Assembly (NCBI GenBank): GCA_030390025.1
Contig: CM059432.1
Coordinates: forward strand, 63,118,001-63,182,000
DNA: 64,000 bases
DNA from: Squalus acanthias
Taxonomy: Eukaryota
Direction: 5' to 3'
Part shown: positions 37,891 through 52,200 of the stretch, piece by piece
Layout of the letters: each line of letters starts with the position of its first letter
Numbering within the stretch: position 1 is the first letter of the stretch
Position numbers and translations under genes: made by a program
Notes under the pieces: model-generated
What the model was told of the DNA's origin: nothing
The model's input: the letters and a program-made list of their open reading frames with translations, nothing else
Database searches by the model: none

Positions 37891-38619
37891 AACAAAATTA
37901 ACTCAAGTAAAAATGGTATACGAGTCATATTGGGCTGCAGAGTTAAATAAATGAAAAGGATAACACATAATACTTAAAGACCCAAGGACACACAACAGCA
38001 AAGAACTTAGCTCATATCACAGAAAATGCACAATTGGAGCTCTCCAGGCAAGATCACTTTAGTTTTATATTTCCAAACAGTGAGAAGTAACTTCCTCACC
38101 TGGAGGGCTTCAATTATGAGAGAGCCTACATACACCTTCTTAGACCTGACTGTCCCAATATTTAGATTTACTGGGAATTTAAATGTAGTTCCTGAATCTT
38201 TTGCTTCACTTCTTAAAAAGCAATTTATAAAAATAACCAAAATATGGCTTCATGCCTATGATTTCCCAGGCAGTCATTCCTCAATCTCAGCTGTGCCGTC
38301 CGGGAAGAGAGGCCAGATGATTCTGCACAGAGAGGACGGGAAGTAAGAGGTCGAGTCACCCTGAAATAATATTAAGCATAAGCCAAGAGTCAATTACAGA
38401 TAACAGATTTCCTCATAGACTTGCATTCAGGGGTTGGAATGCATCTTACAGAAGCATAACAGAAAATACCTTCAAGAGGCACCAAAGATACTGAGTGGGT
38501 AATTGCAAAGCCTATTGTGGGACTGAGCCATACCAGGTCAAGAAGGTGATAGATTTAATACCCGTCTATGTTGAGTTAGTTGATCTCAACATGGGTGGTA
38601 GTAGAGGCACTACTATTAG

Positions 38620-39015
38620 ATAGGATAACTGTAGTAGTGAAGAAATTGGTGGAACTTAAAAGTGAAATAGGCACTGGGCCTTGATGGCATTCGCTGTAGA
38701 ATGCTGAGTGAAGTCAGAAAGGAATAACAAAGCCTCTCACCACAATCTTTCAAAGATCCTGGGATATGCAAGCTGTGCTAGTGGATTGGAAGTTTGCCAA
38801 TGTAACACCTCTGTTTCAAAATGAAGAAAGGGATAAACCAGATAACTGTAGACATGTCAGCCCAACATCGGTAGTGGGTAAGCGTTTAGAGGACATAATA
38901 CGGCATAAAATGAATACTTACTTTGAAAATCATGGATTAATTACGGACAGCTGCCATAGATTTGTAAAAGACAAGTCTTGACTGACAAATTTAATTTGAG
39001 GAAATAATGGAGTGT
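38620..39015 (+). mobile_element. Old CR1 RT fragment
   Basis: DWKFANVTPLF...DKPDNCRHVSPTSVVGK. Confidence 0.8.
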
Positions 39016-39201
39016 TGAAGTCTATTGAAGACTGAAGTCAATAGAAAGGAGAATCGGGCGGGGTGTGAATTGGGCAGTTGATCCGCTACTGCCAGTTTCC
39101 ACCCCCACCCAAGTTGAAAATGACCCCTATTTTGTACTAACAATTGTGGAAGGCTGCTTGTGATCATCAGCTCAAACACTGTGCTGCTGCGGCTCTCTTA
39201 T

Positions 39202-39221
39202 CACACACACACACACACACA
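39202..39221. repeat. (CA)n microsatellite
   Basis: Directly visible. Confidence 0.95.
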
Positions 39222-42200
39222 CCTATTAGCACAAAGTACCAGCTCCCAGTGCCTTACAGCTGACTTATGACTCCTTCACTAAGGTGGATGACTTGAATGT
39301 GATATCTTATGACGTGGGGAGAATGCAGGAGACCGGAGGGACAGTGCATGGTACATGCTATACTGGTGCAGTGCTGCTCTTGGACACTTTTGGCTGTTTG
39401 GCAATAGAACTGGGAATCAGTGCCACACTATCTGACCTGTGTGGGTAATTCCTCTGTTCATAAAGCACAGGTTTCCAACTGTAGTTACATCATCCTCATA
39501 CATTTGAGATGTACAAGGAAGATAAAATGTACAGGATAAGTGATGCCAAAGAGTGAGTACGTTACAAAGCCAAACCAAGAGGCTTTGAAGGGGCTTTGAT
39601 TGCATACCAAGTTGTAACTGCACCTTTTACTGATTTCTTCATGTTATCTTGACTCTGATTTTTTTTAATTTGATATAATTGATCTAGATGAAGAAATTGG
39701 AAATTGAGAAAAGTTGAGCAGTAATGAAAGGAAATTAAGTTAAACAGTAAAACACATGTGTGATTCACTATCACCCGATTCATACTGAATTGAGATGAAG
39801 TTTTGTTTGGCTTTTAGAGAATATGATTTGTTTGTATTACAAAACCATTCTACAACATTTTTATAATATCATTTATACATTATAAATCTTGCTGCAAAAT
39901 GTTAGTTTACAAATCATAGTCTGGTGTAATATATTTTCTTATTTTCTCTATTCTTGTCAATTTTCTCCCCTCCCCACCCGAAGGTGTTGACCCCTTGCAT
40001 TGTGCAGTTCCAAGGACACTGGCCATCCCCCTGTACCTTGTCCAAAGGGCCATAATTCATGTGTGAGCCTTGACAGTGTCAGCCAGGGATATCACAGCCA
40101 AGTGCTATCCTGGCCCACTCATGTCAGGTAGATTACTTCAGTTGTAAAGTCCTGTTGAGTGAATGCTCTTTAAATACAGATTACTCATCTTACCATTTTT
40201 ACAGCCCAAATTATATGCAGTCACCATCCGTATAAACTGCACGATTTCTATTATTACTGCAATTTACTGGATTATAGAAAATTCAACATAATGAAGATAT
40301 AGAACAGTATAGATTTTGGAAAATATTACACTACATAATAAGCTATGTAAGAAATTGTACCGCAGAAAAGTCCTACTGGTATTTTAGTTTGAGTTCCAAA
40401 TAAGTGAATAACATGTAGTTGAGAAAGATTATTTATTTGACAGGCTTGGACAAATAACTCAATGTCCAGAGGTCATTCGCAAACCTCTAGCTGCTTATGA
40501 CATCATCTAAACCCCATGTTTCAATTGCAGCCTTGAACTCCTTCCCGCACATCCATGAGTTTTTATATCACACAAGTGTGGGAACTAAGGAAATATTTTC
40601 ACACATACATGATCATCAGCTAAAGGGACTGAGCCTGATTTCCTACCAGTCCCTTGGTTACTATGACTACCATAGACCTGATAGTCAGTGAGACTGCGGA
40701 GATATGCAATATATTTGATGTAAAATAACTGTGTTAAATCTTGATACACCCCTCCTGATATTCCGCTCCATTGACTTCAATGGAAAGGAAAATCGGAAGG
40801 AGTGTTTAACAGGTGGTTGATCTTCTAGCTCTTGTTTTATTCCCTCGCCAAAGTTGAAAGTTCCGCCCAACGTCTGTAGTTGCATATTTTTCAGCAGAGG
40901 TCACTAGATAGCAATCAGGACCATGTACTGTTGCTTATTTGTTCCCATAAAGTCAATTATACCCCCCCCCCCACCTCTTGTTGCTTTGGCTGAGATCAGC
41001 TTATTCAACAAAAATCAGGGATCAAAGCTGGGGCTTTGCTGTTCTGTATGGCTCAGTATCCCACTCTGAACTGCACATAACCTACTGAGCCATCAGGGGC
41101 GCCCTAGGCCAAGGTATTATGATATTTCTGCGTGTGCCCAAAAGCAAATTTGTGGAATAAACTGATTGACCAGTCACTATGCATCCAGATTAAAATGATG
41201 AAAAGCTCTATCTGGGTATCAGTTAATGTATTGTTTGTAGTTAGAATACAACCACAGTCAAAATGCTATATTGCAACTAAAGTTACATCCCAAAGACCTT
41301 ATAAAGCCACCACTTGACAATTTCAACAACATTCCTCTGCTCCTGAGTTTACCCCCTTCATTTATGCCATCTTCATTAGGGAAAGGTCAGTAGATTCAAC
41401 CCTGCAGCTATATCCGTGTTGTAAGTGCTTGATTGAATTTGGGGAGGTGTGCTTACATGATATGGGGATCCCCTGGTGGTTTCCTTCCCCTTGCATTTGT
41501 AACCAAGGAAAGACTGTTGGAGCTTGGTATGACTTGCAGTGGACAGAGTACTGTCACCTTCAACAAAAGAGAACACGGTGGTGAAACTTACCTTGGGTTT
41601 GAATGCAGTTGAGACTGAGATTCTAGCTCAGATTTCCTGGTGAGGACTCCAGGTTCCAGCATTAGTTATTGGATCACTCAGGGTTCTCATTGTAAGAGCT
41701 GGATTTTAATGAACTGTAACATGGATTCTGTACAGCTCGTTTACAATGCAGGTTTCATCCTTCAGTGTATCTGGTCTGGACTCCACTCTTGGTAGCAAAA
41801 ATACTACACTGACAGACTTTGTCAGAATGCAAGGTGGATGCAAATAATTCCTGGGTATCTGTGCTTGGTTTCGTGCCCACATGGAGATGCCAACTGCATG
41901 TAACTAATCTTTGGAAATTGCCACTATAGATTCTATCACAAGGTGAGCCATTTTGATTGTCAAATTATGATAATTTGCAAAAATTGTTGTTAATCTTTAG
42001 AGAAAACTTTTATCGCTCAACTGAAAGAGAGAGGAGACTACCAGTGACCCAGATAGATCCTAGAAGCATAAGGCACCACATCAGTATTATTTGGGAGGGT
42101 CTGTAACATCTAAAAATCATACTCTATTTCCATCTTGGGAGCAATTCACACTGCTAACCAACCAAAATGCATACAAGGAAAGGCCAGCTTAGCTGTGCGC

Positions 42201-44019
42201 TTATACCATAAAGTATCCTTACTTAATAAACTCCTCCTTTCTGCCATCACCACTATGGCTGTTGTGTTAAAACAGAGAAAATGTGCATGAGTTGTGGTTC
42301 TGCTCTGTTGTGAAGGCTATGGGGACTGACACTGCTCTGATTAATTAAGATCCACTGTATCTACAGATATTGTTTTGGTTCCATCCAGACACCAATACAA
42401 ATTCATTGAACGTTCTTCAGCCTCCGAAGCACTTCACTGACTCTAGTAGATATTTCAGTTGGCTCCAGAACTGCTTCATTGGACTTTATTAATCACGTTC
42501 TAAATATGCTTAATTAATATTCCACTAGATGCATGTCTCTAAATCTAATCTGGTTTTTAGGGTTTTATGATGTTACAGAGGACAATATTTTAAAAATGAT
42601 GTAGGAATCTTCAGTCTGAAAAAAATCATATTGGCAGAATAAAACAAATTCTCTGCTAAAAACCATACCTCATGGAATAAAAAAAACCCTGAAGTACACA
42701 CGTAAGCATCCGAAGAGGGTAAATGTGCAAGGTGTCACCTGCGCTCAGGACAAATCCTCTATTTTTTCAGGAGACATTGTGAGTAAAATTCTTCTTCAGA
42801 GATACAGAGTAGGCAAAGGTTCAAGGCACGAATGATAATATTTTCCATGGATTCCACTCTATACAGTTACACATTGAGTGGGAATTTTTTTCTGTAACTG
42901 TAACTATCTGCTGCTTGGGTTTCAGTGTTATTCTATCCTATTTAGCAGCTCAAACACTCTAACTAGCTATATCATTTTCATATGCCAGAAATATTCTCAA
43001 AGCATATTTAAGAGAGGGAAAAATGGGCAGCTCTTGAAGGTTCAGCTTTCTACAGGCTGTGTTTTTGTGCAAGTTTTCCTTGGTGGCAGTGAACAAAGTG
43101 TTCCACTGTGGAGTAGGTTGTATGCCGGCAGACACAGTGTCTGTACAGGGAGTTCCTGTCCCTGGCCCAAACCCACAGACCCTCAGCAACGAAGGACAAG
43201 GTCATCCATTGCTTTTTCTGCTTCCCACTGGAGCCCACTTCTCTCTGCTCTGGTGGAATGTGCGAGTACATAAAGGGGCACTTTCACATCACAAGTGAAG
43301 AACTCCGATCCAAGACTCCACGAGACAAATAAAAGGTTTTATTTTTCTTCTTTCAGCAAAACATTTGTAAAACTAATTTCGAAATTTTCTGCTGCACGGT
43401 CAAATGCAACTTTCTTTTACGTTGAGAATTTGGGGTGACTGGTTTACTTATGTTTGAATCATTCCCTGTTTGCTCCTTTTCCTCAGGGGGTCATTAGTGC
43501 TGAAAAACTTCACATAATGATTGCTGCAGTGGGGTTATTTGGTGTTGAGTACAATTCCAAAGAGCTACTGAAAATAGCAAACAGTGTTCTTCCCTGTACT
43601 TCTATGTTCTAATAACATTTCGAAATGTCTTGATCAGTATGTAAAGCTCTTTAACTACATTACTGTGGTGCTATCTCACACTAGTTTACTATCAAGTAAA
43701 ATCTTAGTGCTGGAGCCTGCAGGGAAGTAAACAATGTTTAAGAAGCTCACACATTTGTGCTTAATTACTGGAGTGAATGTGACTCCAAACAGGATATAAT
43801 AACACTGCATCTCATTGCAAGTGCTTACTTCTACAACTTTATTTATCCTGTCAAGGCTCCTGGCTACCACATACAGATTCCCTGTCTCACAAGTCTGCCC
43901 CTCTACTGCACAGCTAGTGGAGATTTCAAGGATTTCAGAATATAACTGGCAATAATTTATCCCAAATTTGCACTTGCAATAATTGATAAAAGGTAGCTGA
44001 ACTGATTAACATAAAAAGA

Positions 44020-44106
44020 AAAAAATGCAAATACTGGAAATCTGAAATAAATGTATAAAATGCTAGAAATGCACAGCAGGTCAGTCAGCATCTGTAAAGA
44101 GATTAT
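44020..44106. mobile_element. Old inverted Penelope-pLTR remnant, left part; right part at 50101-50210
   Basis: Left part is roughly the reverse complement of the pLTR tail; right part has CTGATGAAGGGCACACGCCTGAAAC. Confidence 0.6.
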
Positions 44107-44856
44107 GATGGCCCGGAATTTACGGTCAGCGGCGAAACAAAGGCATTCGTTGCTGGCCCCTAAGTAAGCTTTGCACAAAGATCTCATGATCTCTGTGTTG
44201 AGAATTTCGGGTTTTCCGACGCGTATTTGATAGAATCATAGAATCACAGAATGGTTACAGCACAGTAGGAGGCCATTCGGCCCGTCGAGCCCGTGCCGGC
44301 TCTCTGCAAGAGCACTTCAGCTAGTCCCACTCCCCTGCCCTTTCCCCGTAGCCCTGCAATTTGTTTTCCTTCAGGTAATTATCCAATTCCCTTTTGAAAG
44401 CCATGATTGAATCTGCCTCCACCACCCTCTCAGGCAGTGCATTCCAGATCATAACCACTTGCTGTGTAAAAAAGATTTTCCTCATGTTGCTTTTGAGTCT
44501 TCTGCCAATCACCTTAAATCTGTGTCCTCTGGTTCTTGACCCTTCCGCCAATGGGAACAGTTTCTCTCTACTCTGTCTAGACTCCTCATGATTTTGAACA
44601 CATCTCTCAAATCTCCTCTCAACCTTCTCTGCTCTAAGGAGAACAAACCCAGCTTCTCCAGTCTATTCACGTATCTAAAGTCCCTCATCCCTGGAACCAT
44701 TCTTGTAAATCTTTTCTGCACCTTCTCTAAGGCCGTCACACTCTTCCTAAAGTGCAGTGCTGGGAATTGGATACAATACTCCATTGAGGCCGAACCAGTG
44801 TTTTATAAATGTTCATCATAACTTCCTTGCTTTTGTACTCTGCCTCTATTTATGAA

Positions 44857-45081
44857 ATTGAGAGGTCGCACAACACCAGGTTATAGTCCAACAGTTTTAT
44901 TTGAAATCACAAGCTTTCGGAGCTATCGATTGCCCCTTCCTCAGGTGAAGTAAATAGATACAGAATCGCCAAAGCTCCGAAAGCTTGTGATTTCAAATAA
45001 AACTGTTGGACTATAACCTGGTGTTGTGCGACCTCTCAATTTTGTCCACCCCAGTCCAACACCGGCATCTCCGCATCATGA
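44857..45081. mobile_element. Fold-back Penelope-type mini-insertion (copy 3)
   Basis: 70-bp arms 44855-44924 / 44973-45042; TSD CCTCTATTTATGAA (44843-44856, 45082-45095). Confidence 0.85.
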
Positions 45082-45550
45082 CCTCTATTTATGAAGCCCA
45101 GGATCCCACTTTCTCAACCTGCCCTGCCTCCTTCAACGATTTTTGCACATATACCCCCAGGTCTCTCTGTTCATGCACCCCCTTTAGAATTGTACCCTTT
45201 AGTTTATATTGCCTCTCCTCGTTCTTCCTACCAAAATGCATCACTTCGCACTTTTCTGCATTAAATTTCATATGCCACATGTCCGCCCATTCCACCAGCC
45301 TGTCTTTGTCCTCTTGAAGTCTATCACTATGCTCCTCACTGTTCACTATACTTTCAAGTTTTGTGTCATCTGCAAATTTTGAAATTGTGCCCTGTGCACC
45401 CAAGTCCAAGTCATTAATATATATCAAGAAAAACAGTGGTCCTAGTACCAACCCCTGGGGAACACCACTGTATACCTTCCTCCAGTCCGAAAAACAACCG
45501 TTCACCACTACTCTCTGTTTCCTGTCACTTAGCCAATTTCGTATCCATGC

Positions 45551-46271
45551 TTGACCCTGAAATAAGCTTCCGACCACATATCCACAGCATAACAAAGACC
45601 GCCTACTTCCACCTCCGTAACATCTACCGTCTCCGCCCTTGCCTCAGCTCATCCGCTGCTGAAACCCTCACCCATTTCTTTGTTACCTCGAGACTTGGCT
45701 ATTCCAACGCACTCCTGGCTGGCCTCCCACATTCAACCCTACGTAAACTTGAGATCATCCAAAACTCGGCTGCCCATGTCCTAACTCGCACCAAGTCCCG
45801 TTCGCCCATCACCCCTGTGCTCGCTGACCTACATTGGCTCCTGGTTAAGCAGCACCTCGATTTCAAAATTCTCATCTTTGTTTTCAAATCCCTCCATGGC
45901 CTCGCCCCTCCCTATCTCTGTAATCTCCTTCAGCCCCACAACTCCCCGAGATATCTGCGCTCCTCTAATTCTGCCCTCTTGAGGTTCCCTGATTATAATT
46001 GCTCAACCATTGGTGGCCGTGCCTTCTGATGCCTAGGCCCTAAGCTCTGGAATTCCCTGCCTAAACCTCTCCGCCTCTCTACCTCTCTTTCCTCCTTTAA
46101 GACGCTTCTTAAAACCTACCTCTTTGACCAAGCTTTTGGTCACCAACCCTAATTTATCCTTATGTGGCTCGGTGTCAAATTTTTGTCTTCTAATACTCCT
46201 GTGCAGCGCCTTGGGACGTTTTACTACGTTAAAGGCGCTACATAAATACAAGTTGTTGTTGTTGTTGTTGC
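45551..46271 (+). mobile_element. L2 3' fragment inserted in the CR1 RT
   Basis: AYFHLRNI...TSRLGYSNALLAG...LHWL; (TTG)n tail. Confidence 0.92.
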
Positions 46272-49200
46272 TGCCGCTGTCCCTTTTATTCCATGGGCTT
46301 CAACTTTGCTGACAAGCCTATTATGTGGCATTTTATCAAACGCCTTTTGGAAGTCCATGTACACCACATCAACAGCATTGCTCTCATCAACCCTCTCTGT
46401 TACCTCCACAAAAAACTCAATCAAGTTAGTTAAACCTGATTTGCCTTTGACAAATCCATGCAGGCTTTCCTTAATTAATCTACACTTATCCAAGTGACTG
46501 TTAATTTTGTCCCTGATAATCGTTTCTAAAAGCTTCCCCACTACCGAGGTTAAACTGACTGGTCTGTAGTTGCTGGGTTTATCCTTACACCCTTTTTTGA
46601 ACAAGGATGTAACATTCGCAATTCTCCAGTCCTCTGGTACCACCCCCGTATCTAAGGAGGATTGGAAGATTATGGCCAGTACCTCCGCAATTTCCACCCT
46701 TACCTCCCTCAGCATCCTAGGATGCATCCCATCTGGTCCTCGTGACTTATCTACTTTAAGTACAGCCAGCCTTTCCAGTACCTCCTCTTTATCAAATTTT
46801 ATCTGATCCAGTAACTCCACTACCTCCTCTTTCACTATGACTTTGGCAGCATCTTCTTCCTTGGTAAAGACAGATGCAAAGTACTCATTTAGTACCTCAG
46901 CCATGCCCTCTGCCTCCATGCTTAGGTCTCCTTTTTGGTCCCTAATCGGCCCCACCCCTCTTACTACCCGTTTATTATTTATATGCCTGTGGAAGACTTT
47001 TGGATTCCCTTTTATGTTAGCTGCCAGTCTATTCTCATACTCTCTCTTTGCCCCTCTATTTCCTTTTTCACTTCTCCTCTGAACTATCTAATTTCAACCT
47101 TGATCTCACTTGTATTCTCAACCTGACATCTGTCATATGCCCCCTTTTTCTGCTTCACTTTACTCTCAATCTCTTTCATCATCCAGGGAGCTCTGGCTTT
47201 AGTTGCTCTATCTTTCCCCCTCGTGCGAATGCACCTCGACTGTACCTGAACCATCCCCCTTTGAAGGCAGCCCATTGTTCGATTACAGTTTTGCCTGCAA
47301 ATCTTTGATTCCAGTTTACCTGGGCCAGATCCGTTCTCAACCCACTGAAATCGGCCTTCCTCCAATTAAGTATTTTTTTACTTTAGATTGCTCCCTGTCC
47401 TTTTCCATAGCTAATCGAAACCTTATGATACTATGATCACTTTTCCCTAAATGTTCCCTTACTGACACTTGCTCCACTTGACCCATCTCATTCCCCAGAA
47501 CCAGATCCAGCAATGCCTCCTTCCTCATTGGGCCAGAAACGTACTGATCCAGAAAGTTCTCCTGAACACACTTCAGAACTTTTTTCCCCTCTCTACCCTT
47601 TACACTATTACTATCCCAGTCTATATTAGGATAATTGAAGTCCCCCATTTTCACTACTCTATAGTTCTTGCACCTCTCTGTAATATCTCTGCAAATTTGC
47701 TCCTCTATATCCTTCCCACTAGTTGGTGGCCTATAGAATACACCTAGTAGTGTAATGGCACCTCTATTGTTTCTTAACTCTAACCAAATAGATTCTGTCC
47801 TTGACCCCTCCAGGACATCCTCTCTCTCCAGCACTGTAATATTCACCTTAATCAATACTGCCACCCCACCTCCTTTCTTTCCTTCCCTATCTTTCCTGAA
47901 CACCTTATATCCAGGAACATTTAGTACCCAATCCTGCCCTTTTTTGAGCCAGGCCTCCATTATCGCCACAACATCATATTCCCATGTGGCTATTTGCTCC
48001 TGCAGCTCACCAACCTTATTTACCACGCTTCGTGCGTTTGCACACATGCACTGTAAACCTATCTTAGACCTTCTTGTATTCTCTTTTAGTCTGCTCCCAC
48101 CTAATATCGTACTATTTCTTACTCTAGTGCTATCTGTCTCTCCCAATCCTTTGTGCACCTTGTTTCTCCTTTCTAATGCTAAATCCTGGTGCCCATCCCC
48201 CTGCCAAATTAGCTTAAACCCTCCCCAACAGCACTAGCAAACCTCCCCACGAGGATATTGGTCCCGGCTCTGTTGAGGTGCAACCCATTTGGCCTGTACA
48301 GGTCCCACCTCCCCCAGAACTGGTCCCAATGTCCCAGGAATCTAAAGCCCTCCCTCCTGCACCATCTCTCCAGCCACGCATTCATCTGCTCCATCCTCCT
48401 ATTTCTATATTCACCAGCTCATGGCACCGGGAGTAATCTGGAGATTACTACTCTAGAGGTCCTGCTTTTTAACCTCTTTCCTAGCTCCTTAAAAACTACC
48501 TGCAGGACCTCATCCCTCTTACTACCTGTGTCGTTGATACCGATATGGACCAAGACCTCTGGCTCTTCACCCTCCTCCCTCAGAATGTTCTGGAGCCGCT
48601 CAGTGACATCCTTGACCCTGGCACCAGGGAGGTAACATACCATCCTGGAGTCACGTCTACGGCCGCAGAAACGCCTGTCTGTTCCCCTAACTATTGAATC
48701 TCCTATCACTATTGCTTTCCCGATTTTCCTCCTCCCCCTTTGTACAGCTGAGCCAGCCGTGGTGCTGTGGACTTGGCTCTGGCTGTACTCCCCAGAGGAA
48801 CCATTGCCCTCACCCATATTCGGTACTGAATACCGGTTATAGAGTGAGGTGCACTCAAGAGACTCCTGCACTACTTGCCTGGTCCTCCTTGTCTGTCTGC
48901 TGGTCACCCATTCCCTCTCTGCCTGCACACTCTTACGCTGCGGGGTGACCACCTCCTGAAACGTAGCTCTCAGCCTCACGGATGCACCGCAGTGACGCCA
49001 GCTGCTGCTCAAGCTCCGAAACCTAGGCGCTTGAGCTTCTTCAGCCGACAGTACTTCCTGCACATGTGGTTGGCCAGGACACGGGAAGCCTACTGGAGTT
49101 CCCACATGGCACAAGATGTGCATTCCATGGGACTGAGGTGCCCTGCCATGCCTCTATTTAATAGACTATTAACTAACTTAACAGATATAAACTCAAGACT

Positions 49201-52200
49201 TAAAAAAAACAATCACCAGCTACTCACCAATTTTATTTTTTCTTTTCAGCTCCTTCCCTTGTGCTGATGTCACTTACCTTGCTCCCTGACGTTCGCGCTC
49301 CCTCCAAGCTCCGGGCTCTCCGGCCGCTCCTCTCACTCTCTCCTCCTTCCACCTCTGCTCCGAATTCCCACTCTCTCCAAATTCGCAACTCTCGCCCTCT
49401 GTTTAGAAGCACTCTGTTTAGGATCAGTCTGCGCAGACCACTCTCAAATCAATAGAAGTTAATGAGGATTCCCAACGAAGAGCTGCTGTGACATCAACAA
49501 GCTGTCTAAGCAGCCAATCAAAATGCAGAATTCTCACAGACAGCGAACCAGGAAGTAGATAAGGTCCTAAAATTCTAACATTTTAAAAATGTTAGAGAGA
49601 ACAAAACAAAGATTGGGGCTTTCACATGGGGAAAAGGCAAACCTGAAATAAAGATGGACAAACTTATTTTTTTTTTTAAGTTTCTTAAAAATTGTATTTT
49701 TTATTAAAATGAATAAATTTGACATTGCACAAAATTAAAATTAGTTTTTCAGGGCCCTAACCTTTGCTTTGCAGTCACTACACTGTTAAAACCCCAGTTA
49801 CACCTAATCCCTTTCGGTCTAACTTTTAATGAGGTATTTAACAGCGTAATTACTACAGAATAGCTGAAGTTTTCATCAGTTTCCATGATTTGAGAGATTA
49901 CACTGATTGCCGGCTCTGTAGGTTGGTGGGGGGGTGGGGGCACAGCCTGTGTCGGAGCAGTGAACGACAGACCGCAACTTCAGGATTTCAGCATTAGGCT
50001 GTGTATGCGCTAAATCCTGAAGTTGCCGTCAGTTTCAAAGGTGAAATGATGGTGAATGCTGCCAGTTCGCCATCATCTGGACCGCAAATTTTGGGCCGAT
50101 ATATCGGGCAAATCTGATGAAGGGCACACGCCTGAAACATGTCTTTTCTCTTTACAAATGCTTACTGGCTTGCAATGTATTACCAACAATTTCTATTTTT
50201 ACTTCAAATTTATGAACAGACATTGGTTCTAATAGTCATAATAGAATAATGCACGGACTCAAAAGTTTTCTCTCATATTGTAGGCATATTGCAGGTATAA
50301 TTTCACACCACTACCTCCTTTAGAGGTGTGCAAATGGGCAGCACTGAACTATATTCTCACCAAGTTATACTGCCTGCATGCACCACTCCCTGTTTAGAGG
50401 AAAGCAGAACTCTGCCCATGTGTGCTTTAACAGAGCTCTACCCACCAGCCCCTGATCGCTGGCGGATATGTCTAATATTTGAAAAGAGTTGATGGGTCTA
50501 CTAGTTACTTTCCAGATTAGAAAGTTAAAGGTGGACAGCTGTTGTTTTCAAGCATTAAAGCTCAAAAAATTGACTTTTGTGCATGTGTGAAGGAGCCATT
50601 TAAGTTATTTCAATGGAAAAATATTGTATTTTCAAATTGGATGAGTTTGAAGACTGGTGAAGTGATATGGAGTATCTTTGGGAGAAAGAAACTTTAACAG
50701 CTAAGTCCAAAGGCCTGGCCTGATCAAATCAGATAACCTCAAATTAGCCAGTTAATAGGCACCAGTAAACTTAATTTTATTAATTTATTTTCAATACAGC
50801 AGCAGTGGGAGCTGTGCGATGAGCCCAGCAGTGAAGAGGCATTAGATTAAGCAGCAACCTTCAGGAAAGCACTCATAGAATAACAAACATTAAACATTAA
50901 CAGATAACAATGATTAAACTATAATATAGATTAGACTCTTAATTCTGTGTAATTTTGCTTTCAAACTGCTAAATAATTCCTTGCTATATCTTCCTACATG
51001 AAAACAGTGACTGCACTGCAAAGTAATTCATTGTATGGAAAACACTTTGGGATATTTTTGAGAGACGTGATAAGGCCCAATATAAATGCACATTCTTTCT
51101 TTATTGTGAAACACTCATCAATGTTATCCTCCAGTTGGCTATGTCATAATCACAAAGAACCGTAACACTGGCCCCGAGGAGTCCTCCTCAATCACCCACC
51201 CCCTTCACCCATTACATCAAGTGAGTAATTTTTTTAAGAATGACAAAAAGCAGTTATATAATAGAAAATATAACATATAGCTAATGATTACTGGCAGAAT
51301 TTCAGGGTTCAAATGATATGCATAGCCACATAGATTGTGAACTCCTCAGGACACTACAAGTAGATTGCACTGGTTAGTTACTCTCAACCATTGATTATTC
51401 TACAGATAATACACAAATTTAATGAGCTACACGCACAAGCACATTTTTTCCTTTCTTCTTACACCAGTTATTTTCCTCTCCCCTTGTGCTCTCCTGAGGG
51501 CATTTCCAGCATGAGTTGATGCATTGTGATCAGGAGTGGGATCCCTGGCCGATTTTCTACACTTTTAACTCGGGGTCACTAAAGCCAATTGTCGTGGCCC
51601 TGCCTCAGCCCAGATTGAAATCAATCTGTACCGGGGATTCAACCTGGAATCTTCCTGGTCTGTATGACTCAGTTATCCCCTGCCTTAACCAGCTGAGTTA
51701 TCGGGGAGCTTGGACTAAAATATTTACATGCAGGATATTAGAGCCTAGTCCAATATGTCTGAGTACTGCTCTCTGGTCATAGATAACGTGATAGGGTTGA
51801 TTTTTCAAGTACATGCTACTGGCATGGAGCTTCACCCACTGGCTGCATATATTGTGAAATTATGAGCCCACTCCCCACAATGTTCATCCACTAAAAGAAC
51901 ACATGCAAAATTGTGGAGAGCACAACCTCGATTTCCCAATATGCATTCTTGGTAAGCGTTTGGAAGATCGCCCTAATATTTCAGAATGATATACCCCTCC
52001 AATTTATCTTTACGTTAAGAAACATTTGCATTTACAAAATCTATTTTGTCAAAATAAGAATATCTGCATAAATATGAAGCAAACAGCATGAACTATTTGA
52101 TGGCATAAGCTATTACAAGCTTATGCCATCAAATCACTTCTATATCTTATGCAGGAAATAAATATTTTGAGCATTTCAATAATCTCTGCATTACTACAAT

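Larger units (their letters stand above)
44231..49400 (-). mobile_element. Near-full-length decayed CR1 LINE
   Basis: ORF1 from ATG 49149 (MAGHLSPMECTSCAMWE; GDSIVRG esterase-like), APE domain (NARSV, GVFYRPP, GDFN, SDH), RT (NYRPVSLTS, DFQKAFD, GVPQG, FADD); 5' end approximate. Confidence 0.93.
44110..50097. mobile_element. Harbinger-type MITE carrying a nested near-full-length CR1
   Basis: GGCCCGGAATTT...AAATTTTGGGCC, TSD GAT (44107-44109, 50098-50100). Confidence 0.75.

Noticed and set aside
38291..38342. Possible small + strand exon (AVPSGKRGQMILHREDG / CAVREERP)
   Set aside because: AG/GT boundaries exist but it is too short, with no supported homology or RSS
42878..43298. Overlapping ORFs in unique, moderately GC-rich sequence
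   Set aside because: No frame resembles a protein I recognise; could be UTR or lncRNA but unsupported
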